Origin: an uncultured Bacilli bacterium
GTDB taxonomy: Bacteria > Bacillota_I > Bacilli_A > RF39 > UBA660
NCBI GenBank assembly: GCA_951800155.1
Contig: CATOJL010000002.1
Span: 1-33,983, forward strand
DNA: 33,983 bases
Direction of reading: 5' to 3'
Made by a program: the position numbers and the translations under genes. The notes below the pieces were generated by a model, which did no database searches, had not been told where the DNA came from, and saw only the letters and a list, made by a program, of their open reading frames with translations. This document shows, piece by piece, positions 18,867 through 26,564 of this stretch (position 1 is the first letter of the stretch; every line of letters begins with the position of its first letter).

Positions 18867-19148
18867 TGACAATAAGGAATAGATATAGTAAATTCAAATA
18901 TGTGAAGAATACTTGTAAATCATGTTGGAATAAACAGTGGAAATTGCTACAATCTATCTATCAATATCTAATTGATAATTATAATAGAATAGAAATTCAA
19001 TTAAAATGCAGTTTCATATATGCATATTGAGGAAAATGAAAATCAAACATTTTGTTTTATTCATAGAAATCAAAAGAACAATAACTATTTTCAATAAAAT
19101 GGATGAGTCTATATTGCTCTTTTCTTAAATTTGTAGTATAGTAATATT

Positions 19149-19219
19149 GCACAACACTTATATCTGAACCAGGTCAGAATCGGAAGATAGCAGCCTTAAG
19201 GATCTCTAAGTGTGTGTGC
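19149..19219 (+). ncRNA. ffs: Signal recognition particle RNA, small (4.5S-like) form
   Basis: ACCAGGUCAGAAUCGGAAGAUAGCAGCC matches the conserved SRP domain IV (E. coli ACCAGGUCAGGUCCGGAAGGAAGCAGCC) with a GGAA tetraloop. The closing helix pairs GCACAACACUUA with UAAGUGUGUGUGC, followed by a T-run. The ends are approximate. Confidence 0.85.
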
Positions 19220-19265
19220 TTTTTTATTAGATTTATATTAAGGTGAAATATATTGGTGATTAATT

Positions 19266-19745
19266 ATGAATATAGATAAGAAATATATAAATATAGCTGT
19301 AGAACTCGCAAAGAAAGCCGCTAAAAAGGGTGATTTTCCAGTAGGAGCAGTAATTGTCAAAAATGATAAGATTATTTCGAAAGCATACAATACAAAGGAG
19401 AGGAAAAAGAATGCCATACAACATGCTGAAATATTAGCTATAGAGAAAGCTTGCAAGAAACTTAAAACTTGGCATTTGGAACAATGCACTTTATACTCTA
19501 GCCTGGAACCATGCATGATGTGCACAGGTGCTATTATGCAGGCTAGAATAAAAAAAGTGGTATATTCCCATACGAATCAAAACTTTGGTGCTATAGAAAG
19601 TAGTAATAATCACATTACAAATAGTATCCAAATCATCAAACTAGAAAACAATGATAATTTAGACTTAATTAAGAACTTCTTTAAGAACAAACGTAAAGGC
19701 ACCAACGTGAATAGTATAGATGTTTCACGTGAAACATTGAAATGA
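19266..19745 (+). CDS. tadA: tRNA-specific adenosine deaminase TadA
   Basis: 159-aa ORF. CDA zinc motifs HAE (QHAEILAIE) and PCMMC. FPVGAVIV N-terminal block. Confidence 0.93.
   Translation: MNIDKKYINIAVELAKKAAKKGDFPVGAVIVKNDKIISKAYNTKERKKNAIQHAEILAIEKACKKLKTWHLEQCTLYSSLEPCMMCTGAIMQARIKKVVYSHTNQNFGAIESSNNHITNSIQIIKLENNDNLDLIKNFFKNKRKGTNVNSIDVSRETLK
19721..19736. promoter_or_regulatory. Second perfect parS site, inside the 3' end of tadA
   Basis: TGTTTCACGTGAAACA. With flanking bases it forms the same 18-bp palindrome ATGTTTCACGTGAAACAT found at 18841-18858. It encodes the ...DVSRETL tail of TadA. Confidence 0.8.
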
Positions 19746-19807
19746 CTGTAGTTGGAACTTTTCAATAAAAAGGAAAAATGGTATAATGAATATAAGGAGG
19801 GGATAGG

Positions 19808-21535
19808 GTGTATCAAACTTTATATAGAAAATATAGACCTAGTAATTTTGATGAAGTTATAGGACAACAAGTTGTCGTAAAAACTTTGAAAAATGCTATT
19901 TTAAATAAAAAATTAACTCATGCATATTTATTTACAGGACCTAGGGGTACTGGAAAAACAAGTATTGCTAAAATATTTGCTAAAACGATCAATTGCTCCA
20001 ATTTGAATGAAACAAATCCATGCAACGCTTGTGAAAGTTGTTTGCAAATTTTAAGTAAAAAATCAATTGATATAATTGAAATTGATGCAGCCTCTAACAA
20101 TGGTGTCGATGAGATTAGAGAATTGAGAAGTAAGGCAAGCCTGGTTCCGACTGTTGGAAAATATAAGGTGTATATTATTGATGAAGTACATATGTTGACA
20201 CAAGGAGCTTTTAACGCACTATTAAAAACATTGGAAGAACCACCATCCCATATTGTCTTCATTCTAGCAACGACTGAACCACATAAAATTCCAACCACTA
20301 TCATTTCTAGGTGTCAAAAGTTTGATTTTAAAAAAATTGTAAAAGAAGACATTATTACAAAATTAAAATATATCATAGAGAAAGAAAATGTAATTGTGGA
20401 TGAAAATGCTTATGATGAAATTGCAATACAATCTGATGGATGTATGCGTGATGCACTTAGTATTTTAGATCAAGTAATTGCTTTTTCAAATAATCATGTT
20501 ACATTAGAAGATGTTCACGAAATCAATGGAACATTACCAGAACTTGAATTGATAGAGTTTATTAAGAATATGAAGGAGCAAAAATACGAACAAATATTCT
20601 ACAAAATAGAACAATATGAGAATATTGGAAAAAACTATATAAAATTAACTGAGGAATTTATGTCTGTTCTTCGAAATATTTTACTCTTTATAAATATACC
20701 TAATTGTGCATTTGATAGAGAAAGAAAAAAAACATATACAGAAATTGTATCTATATTTACGATGGAAGAAATTATGGAGTATATAAAAAAAATGAATGAG
20801 TACCTATTTGAAATGAAAAAAACAAATAATGTACGAATTTTGTTTGAAATGATGATTGTATCGCTTATGCAAAAAAGAGAAAATGTGGATTCTTTAAAAA
20901 AAGAGATTATAGAAAAAGAAAAAAAGGAGATATCTCTTTCAAACCTAAATGAACCACAAAAAGTAGAAATAGAATCTTCTATTTCGGAAGAAAAAGAGAA
21001 TATAGTAGAAACATTCAGTTCTTTAGAAGAAAGAAATGTATCTCAATCAGAAATACAAAATAATGTAGAGGTAACAGAAAAGATTCGAGAACTACAGCAA
21101 GTGCGTATTAATAACACTTTATATGGCTTTAATAAACAGAAAATGATTGAAATTAAAAATAAGATAGAGGATGTTAAAAAGCTACTACTAGATGCTGAAT
21201 ACAGTAATTATGCATCCATGATCTTAGATGCAGAAATAAAAGTGGCAAGTGAAGATCATATCATATTCTTATGTAAAAATGAAAGAATGGAAATGGAATT
21301 TTTACAAAATTTACCTTATATAGATATAACACTTGAAAAGGTGTTTGGTAAAAAAATGATTGCAAGTGCTACCAATTCAGCAAATTGGGCTATCATTAAA
21401 AATGAATTTAATAATAAGCTCAAGAAGTATGAATGGATGGAAGAGGCAGATGATATAAAAAAATATTATGAAAATCAAGAAATTGCATTGTCAATGATTG
21501 ATAATATTTTCAAAGATATAGTAGAATATAGTTAG
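19808..21535 (+). CDS. dnaX: DNA polymerase III subunit tau (DnaX)
   Basis: 575-aa ORF with a GTG start after AGGAGGGG. Walker A GPRGTGKTS, zinc module CNACESC, Walker B IIDEVHML, sensor SRCQKF. Confidence 0.96.
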   Translation: MYQTLYRKYRPSNFDEVIGQQVVVKTLKNAILNKKLTHAYLFTGPRGTGKTSIAKIFAKTINCSNLNETNPCNACESCLQILSKKSIDIIEIDAASNNGVDEIRELRSKASLVPTVGKYKVYIIDEVHMLTQGAFNALLKTLEEPPSHIVFILATTEPHKIPTTIISRCQKFDFKKIVKEDIITKLKYIIEKENVIVDENAYDEIAIQSDGCMRDALSILDQVIAFSNNHVTLEDVHEINGTLPELELIEFIKNMKEQKYEQIFYKIEQYENIGKNYIKLTEEFMSVLRNILLFINIPNCAFDRERKKTYTEIVSIFTMEEIMEYIKKMNEYLFEMKKTNNVRILFEMMIVSLMQKRENVDSLKKEIIEKEKKEISLSNLNEPQKVEIESSISEEKENIVETFSSLEERNVSQSEIQNNVEVTEKIRELQQVRINNTLYGFNKQKMIEIKNKIEDVKKLLLDAEYSNYASMILDAEIKVASEDHIIFLCKNERMEMEFLQNLPYIDITLEKVFGKKMIASATNSANWAIIKNEFNNKLKKYEWMEEADDIKKYYENQEIALSMIDNIFKDIVEYS

Positions 21536-21550
21536 AAAGAAGGATAATGA

Positions 21551-21847
21551 ATGAATATACAAGCAATGATGAAACAAGCACAGAAGTTACAAAAGGAAAT
21601 GATGGAAGAAAAAGGAAAAATTGATGCAATGCAATTTGAAGCAACCTCTTCTTTTGTCACAGTGACGATGACAGGAGATAAAAAAGTTAGTAGTGTAGAT
21701 ATTAATATGGAAATGCTAGAAAAAGAGGATATTGAGATTTTACAAGACCTAATCGTGGTTGCTACCAACGATTGCTTAAAACAAATTGATGCCGAAACAG
21801 AAAAGAGAATGGGAAAATATACACAGGGAATGCCAGGGTTATTTTAA
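21551..21847 (+). CDS. ybaB: YbaB/EbfC-family nucleoid-associated protein
   Basis: 98-aa ORF with MMKQAQKLQKEM at the N-terminus. It holds the conserved dnaX-ybaB-recR position. Confidence 0.92.
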   Translation: MNIQAMMKQAQKLQKEMMEEKGKIDAMQFEATSSFVTVTMTGDKKVSSVDINMEMLEKEDIEILQDLIVVATNDCLKQIDAETEKRMGKYTQGMPGLF

Positions 21848-22449
21848 TGAATTATCCAAATGTTATAAATGATTTAATAGAGTGCTTTAAAAAATTTTCT
21901 GGAATAGGAGAGAAAACAGCTGAACGTTTAGCGCTCTCCACATTAGAAATGGATGATGAAGTTTTACAAATTTTTTCAGAGGCTTTAAAAAGTGTGAAGA
22001 AAAAAATAAAGCGTTGCAAACGTTGTAACTATCTTACAGATGAAGAATTATGTACTATATGTAAAGATGACACATTTAGAGATAAGACAATTCTATGTGT
22101 AGTAGAAGAACCTAAAATAGTAACTTTGTTTGAAAAAATGGGAGGGTATCATGGACTGTATCATGTTCTCGATGGTTTAATTTCTCCCTTAGATGGGATC
22201 AATCCAGAGGATATTCAGATTGCATCTTTAATAGAGCGAATAAAAAAAGAAAATATACGAGAGGTTATTCTTGCAGTAAAACCAAGTGTGGAAGGGGAAA
22301 CGACAACTCTTTATATATCAAAGCTATTAGAAGGAATGGATGTCGTTGTTTCCAAAATTGCTCATGGTGTGCCAATTGGTATTGATATGGAATATATTGA
22401 TTCTTTGACTCTTGAAATGGCTTTAGAAGATCGTAAAAGTGTGACATAG
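21847..22449 (+). CDS. recR: Recombination protein RecR
   Basis: 200-aa ORF. HhH segment GIGEKTAERLA, C4 zinc finger CKRCNYL...CTIC, and a Toprim domain. Confidence 0.96.
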   Translation: MNYPNVINDLIECFKKFSGIGEKTAERLALSTLEMDDEVLQIFSEALKSVKKKIKRCKRCNYLTDEELCTICKDDTFRDKTILCVVEEPKIVTLFEKMGGYHGLYHVLDGLISPLDGINPEDIQIASLIERIKKENIREVILAVKPSVEGETTTLYISKLLEGMDVVVSKIAHGVPIGIDMEYIDSLTLEMALEDRKSVT

Positions 22450-22485
22450 TTTGGACACATAGGCGTAAAATGTATTGGTGATACA

Positions 22486-22671
22486 ATGAAAAAAATAATA
22501 GGCGCTCTTAAAAGAATTATGTTTAGTGGATTTTTGATTTATGGGTATAACATGCTAACGGTTTCCTACAATATGACAATTCCTATGAATGTAATCACAG
22601 TTGGGACAATTAGTGTTTTAGGTTTTCCAGCTCTTTTTTCATTCATACTAATAAAAAAAATGATTTTTTAA
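22486..22671 (+). CDS. bofA: BofA-family small membrane protein (pro-sigmaK processing inhibitor-like)
   Basis: 61-aa two-TM protein. IPMNVITVGTISVLGFPALFSFILIKKMI resembles B. subtilis BofA (IHVPINLVTTAISGILGIPGIAALVVIKQFI, from memory). It lies downstream of recR, as in Bacillus. Confidence 0.65.
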   Translation: MKKIIGALKRIMFSGFLIYGYNMLTVSYNMTIPMNVITVGTISVLGFPALFSFILIKKMIF

Positions 22672-22687
22672 AGAAAATAGGTGTATC

Positions 22688-23626
22688 ATGTTAGATGAGT
22701 ATAAAGAAAAGCAAAAAATAGTATATAAAATTTTAAATAATGCAATAAAACAAGATAGAATTAGTCATGCCTATTTGTTTGAAACAAATGGATATAAAGA
22801 TGCCAAAACAGTTGCCCTTTCCTTTGCAAAATCTTTATTTTGTCCAAATAAATATACAAATTATGAAAAATGTCTAGACTGTAAGCAGTGTGAAAATATT
22901 GATAAAAACAACTTTATTGAATTAAAATGGATAGAACCAGATGGCATGTGGATTAAAAAAGAACAATTGGATGAATTGCAAAAAGAATTTAGCATGAAAA
23001 GTGTAGCTGCGAATAAGAAAATATATATTATTAATCATGCAAATCAATTAAATGTTTCCTCTGCCAATACCATTTTAAAATTTTTAGAGGAGCCAAGCGA
23101 GAATATTGTGGCTATTTTACTTACAGAAAATGCATATCAAGTATTAGAAACGATCGTATCTCGATGCCAAATCATTTCTTTTCAAAAAAATAGAGATGAT
23201 CTTAATGATAAGATGATGCAGAAAGTATCCTTTTATATTTCTATTCCTGATATAATAGATGCAGAGGAGAAGTTAATAGAAAAAATTGAAACTATTGAAA
23301 AATTTGTGAAGATGATTGAAAAAAGAAAAGAAGAGGCACTTTTATTTACGCAACATCTCTGGCATGAACAAATGATAGGAAAAGAAATGAATCAATTTGC
23401 TCTTTCTATTATGTTCTATATATATCGTGATATGTTAGCAACAAAAGTACATACAGTTCCTTTCTTGTTTTCAAATACTCTCGTAGAAGAACTTGCAGAA
23501 AAAAATACAGTAAGTCAAATCAATCAAAAACTTAAAATAGTAAATGAAGCAAAAGAAAATATTAAATATAATGCAAATATGGCTTTATTATTAGATAAAT
23601 TAATTATAGAACTGAGTGATGTATAA
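22688..23626 (+). CDS. holB: DNA polymerase III subunit delta-prime (HolB)
   Basis: 312-aa ORF. ISHAYLFE, a Cys cluster CPN...CLDCKQC, ILKFLEEP, and SRCQ sensor motif. Confidence 0.9.
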   Translation: MLDEYKEKQKIVYKILNNAIKQDRISHAYLFETNGYKDAKTVALSFAKSLFCPNKYTNYEKCLDCKQCENIDKNNFIELKWIEPDGMWIKKEQLDELQKEFSMKSVAANKKIYIINHANQLNVSSANTILKFLEEPSENIVAILLTENAYQVLETIVSRCQIISFQKNRDDLNDKMMQKVSFYISIPDIIDAEEKLIEKIETIEKFVKMIEKRKEEALLFTQHLWHEQMIGKEMNQFALSIMFYIYRDMLATKVHTVPFLFSNTLVEELAEKNTVSQINQKLKIVNEAKENIKYNANMALLLDKLIIELSDV

Positions 23627-24414
23627 TGAAAGAAATCGTTGGAGTAACTTTACAAGAAAATGGGAAAATGGAATATTACTCTATAGATAAGTTCAAATTG
23701 AAAAAAGGTTATAATGTTTTAGTGAAAACAGATAGGGGCATTGAATTTGGAAAAGTAGTAACAGATATTCATCCCATAGATACGAGTAAACTAAAAAAAG
23801 AGTTAAAATCGATTTATAAATTAGCGACGAAACAAGATTATTACACACATCGAAAAAATATGAAAGATGCGAAAGATGCTTACCGAAAATGTCAGACTTT
23901 AGCACATAAACATAAACTGGATATGCGAATACTAGATGCAAATTATACATTTGATAGAGATCAATTGATGTTTAAATTTTATGCAGAAGCAAGAGTCGAT
24001 TTTAGAGAACTTACGAAAGAATTAGCGGCCATTTATAAAACGAGAATCGAATTAAGACAAGTAGGCGTTCGTGATAAAGCAAAACAAATAGGAGGGTATG
24101 GTTCGTGTGGACAAACTCTCTGTTGTTCAAGATTCTTAAATGATTTTGATTCTGTATCAATTTCTATGGCTAAAAATCAAAATATTTCTCTAAATCCATC
24201 GAAGATTAATGGAATTTGTGGCCGACTTCTTTGTTGTTTAAAATATGAAGATGCATGTTATAAAGAATGTAAAAAAGGATTACCAGTTTTGGGTAGTGAG
24301 GTAGAAACAAAAGAAGGAAAAGGGAAAGTTATACAGATTGATATTTTAAATCGAACTTATAAAATTCTTCTAACAAATGGAAATATAATGGAGGAAACTT
24401 GTGCAGAAAATTAA
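23626..24414 (+). CDS. ricT: PSP1-domain protein RicT (YaaT)
   Basis: 262-aa ORF. Cys-rich PSP1 C-terminal region (GSCGQTLCCSRFL, ICGRLLCCLKYE). It holds the conserved position after holB. Confidence 0.9.
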   Translation: MKEIVGVTLQENGKMEYYSIDKFKLKKGYNVLVKTDRGIEFGKVVTDIHPIDTSKLKKELKSIYKLATKQDYYTHRKNMKDAKDAYRKCQTLAHKHKLDMRILDANYTFDRDQLMFKFYAEARVDFRELTKELAAIYKTRIELRQVGVRDKAKQIGGYGSCGQTLCCSRFLNDFDSVSISMAKNQNISLNPSKINGICGRLLCCLKYEDACYKECKKGLPVLGSEVETKEGKGKVIQIDILNRTYKILLTNGNIMEETCAEN

Positions 24415-25120
24415 TTATTTGCTTGGATTTCCTCACTTAAAAATTTATCAAGATGAGGAATGGTTTAAATTTTCCCTTGATTCAGTTCTTTTACCTAATT
24501 TCGTAAAAATCAAAAAAAATACAAAAAAAATCTTAGATATCGGAACAGGGAATGCTGTCATTCCGATTCTTTTATCCACAAAAACAGAAGTTCCCATTTT
24601 AGGTGTTGAAATACAACGAGATGTTTACGAACTGGCTAAACTCTCTATTTGTGAAAATAAATTAGAGGGACAAATTTCTATATTGTGTGAAGATATCAAG
24701 GAGTATACAAAAAGACAAGAGTCGGATTGCTTTGATTTAATTACTTGTAATCCCCCTTATTTTAAAATAGAAAAAAATGCAAATATCAATGATGATCTGC
24801 ATAAACAATATGCTAGACATGAGATCTTATTAGATATAAATACCTTAATGTTAAGTGCTCGAAAACTACTCAAAAATGGAGGAACTCTATCTATTGTCCA
24901 TCGACCAAAACGCCTTATGGAAATTTTGCTATGTGCAAAAGAAAAAAAATTGGAGCCAAAACGGATTCAATTTGTCTATCCAAAAAAAGGAAAAGAAGCA
25001 AACATTGTTTTAATGGAATTTATTAAAAATGGAAATAGTGGACTTAAAATAGAAGAGCCTCTTTATATATACAATGAACAAGGGGAGTATACAGAACAGA
25101 TGCAGAAAAATTTTAGTTAG
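24401..25120 (+). CDS. SAM-dependent N6-adenine methyltransferase, YabB / tRNA1(Val) m6A37 methyltransferase-like
   Basis: 239-aa ORF. SAM motif LDIGTGNAV and catalytic NPPY (ITCNPPYF). It overlaps the ricT 3' end. Confidence 0.85.
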   Translation: MQKINYLLGFPHLKIYQDEEWFKFSLDSVLLPNFVKIKKNTKKILDIGTGNAVIPILLSTKTEVPILGVEIQRDVYELAKLSICENKLEGQISILCEDIKEYTKRQESDCFDLITCNPPYFKIEKNANINDDLHKQYARHEILLDINTLMLSARKLLKNGGTLSIVHRPKRLMEILLCAKEKKLEPKRIQFVYPKKGKEANIVLMEFIKNGNSGLKIEEPLYIYNEQGEYTEQMQKNFS

Positions 25121-25130
25121 AAGGTGCTAT

Positions 25131-25970
25131 ATGAGTCAAAAAAGTTATGATAATAGTCCGACCGTATATTTGATTCCAACTCCAATTGGAAATATGGAAG
25201 ATATTACATTGCGAGCCATTCATACATTAGAGAAGGTAGAAGTCATTTTTTCAGAGGATACGAGAGTAACAGGGTTACTCTTAAAGCAGTTGGAAATTAA
25301 AAAAAAGTTGATTTCAAGTCACAATTATAATGAAATTAAAAATGCAGAAAAATTTCTTTCCTATTTAAGAAATGGTTTTGATGTAGGGATTGTCACCGAT
25401 CGTGGGACACCGATCATTAGTGATCCCGGATATGAATTAGTCAAAATAGCGATTCAAAATAATTATAATGTTGTAGGATTGCCGGGCCCTACTGCTCTAA
25501 TACCTGCTCTCATAACATCAGGACTTGATCCATCTCCTTTTTTGTTTTATGGATTTCTAAATAGCAAACCAACAAAACAAAAGAAAGAACTTGAAGATTT
25601 AGAGAAAATGAAAGCTACTTTAATCTTCTATGAAGCGCCTCACCGTTTACTAAATACGCTACAGGTTATGAAAGAGGTTTTGGGAAATAGAAAGGTAAGC
25701 ATTTCCCGGGAAATATCAAAGAAATTTGAGGAAATATATCGAGGAAATTTAGAGAATATTTCCACTGAGCTTGTTGACATCAAAGGTGAAATTGTTATAA
25801 TTATAGAAGGATATAAAAAAGAAGAAAATTATAGTGAAATTCCCCTTTTAGAACACGTGCAATCTTTCATAGAAAAAGGCTATTCTTCTAAAGAAGCTAT
25901 TAAAGAAGTCGCACATCTTCGAGGATTAAATAAAAACATAGTTTATCAAGAATACCATCGAGGTGATTAA
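25131..25970 (+). CDS. rsmI: 16S rRNA (cytidine1402-2'-O)-methyltransferase RsmI
   Basis: Tetrapyrrole-methylase-fold N-terminus LYLIPTPIGN..DITLRA, then EDTR and ISDPG motifs. The start is placed at ATG 25131 after GAAGGTG. The track start at 25074 overlaps the previous gene without an SD. Confidence 0.92.
   Translation: MSQKSYDNSPTVYLIPTPIGNMEDITLRAIHTLEKVEVIFSEDTRVTGLLLKQLEIKKKLISSHNYNEIKNAEKFLSYLRNGFDVGIVTDRGTPIISDPGYELVKIAIQNNYNVVGLPGPTALIPALITSGLDPSPFLFYGFLNSKPTKQKKELEDLEKMKATLIFYEAPHRLLNTLQVMKEVLGNRKVSISREISKKFEEIYRGNLENISTELVDIKGEIVIIIEGYKKEENYSEIPLLEHVQSFIEKGYSSKEAIKEVAHLRGLNKNIVYQEYHRGD
25701..25714. promoter_or_regulatory. Perfect match to the Noc-binding site (NBS) consensus palindrome
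   Basis: ATTTCCCGGGAAAT is read directly in rsmI. It is identical to the B. subtilis NBS consensus as I recall it. A 14-mer with a 6-nt G/C core is very unlikely by chance in this AT-rich DNA. Confidence 0.6.
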
Positions 25971-26531
25971 ATGAAATTAGTTGTAGGACTTGGAAATGTG
26001 GGGCGCGAATACCAAAATACAAGGCATAATATAGGATTTATGTGCTTGGATAGAATCGCAGAAGCTTTTCATGTACAGTTTAATCGAAAAAAGTTGAATG
26101 GTTCTTATGCAGAAATTATTTATCAAAATGAAAAAGTGATTTTGCTTAAACCAGAAAAATATATGAATTTATCGGGCGAAGTTATAGCGGCTTTTATAAG
26201 ATTTTATAAAATTTCTCCCGTAGACTTATTCGTAATCAGTGATGATTTGGATATGCCGACTGGAAAAATTAAGTTGAAATATAAAGGTTCAAGTGGTGGA
26301 CATAATGGACTTAAAGATATTGAAAAAAATTTAGGGACACAGGAATATAAAAGATTGAAGATAGGGATTGCAAATAATAAAAAAATGGATACGAGAGATT
26401 ATGTTTTAGGGAAATTTAGTAAGGATGAGAAGCAAATAATAGAAGAAACCCTCACTTTAATTCCAAAAATATTTATGGATTATTTAGATTTAGATTTTGA
26501 TAATGTCATGAATAAATATAATAAGAAATAG
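25971..26531 (+). CDS. pth: Peptidyl-tRNA hydrolase
   Basis: 186-aa ORF. GLGNVGREYQNTRHNIGF and GGHNGLKDI motifs. Confidence 0.96.
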   Translation: MKLVVGLGNVGREYQNTRHNIGFMCLDRIAEAFHVQFNRKKLNGSYAEIIYQNEKVILLKPEKYMNLSGEVIAAFIRFYKISPVDLFVISDDLDMPTGKIKLKYKGSSGGHNGLKDIEKNLGTQEYKRLKIGIANNKKMDTRDYVLGKFSKDEKQIIEETLTLIPKIFMDYLDLDFDNVMNKYNKK

Positions 26532-26546
26532 GAATATTTCTTTTTT
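26524..26546 (+). terminator. Putative intrinsic terminator or attenuator between pth and mfd
   Basis: AGAAATA-ggaa-TATTTCT followed by TTTTT. The stem overlaps the pth stop codon. Confidence 0.5.
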
Positions 26547-26564
26547 GTGCTAGGAGGATAGAAA

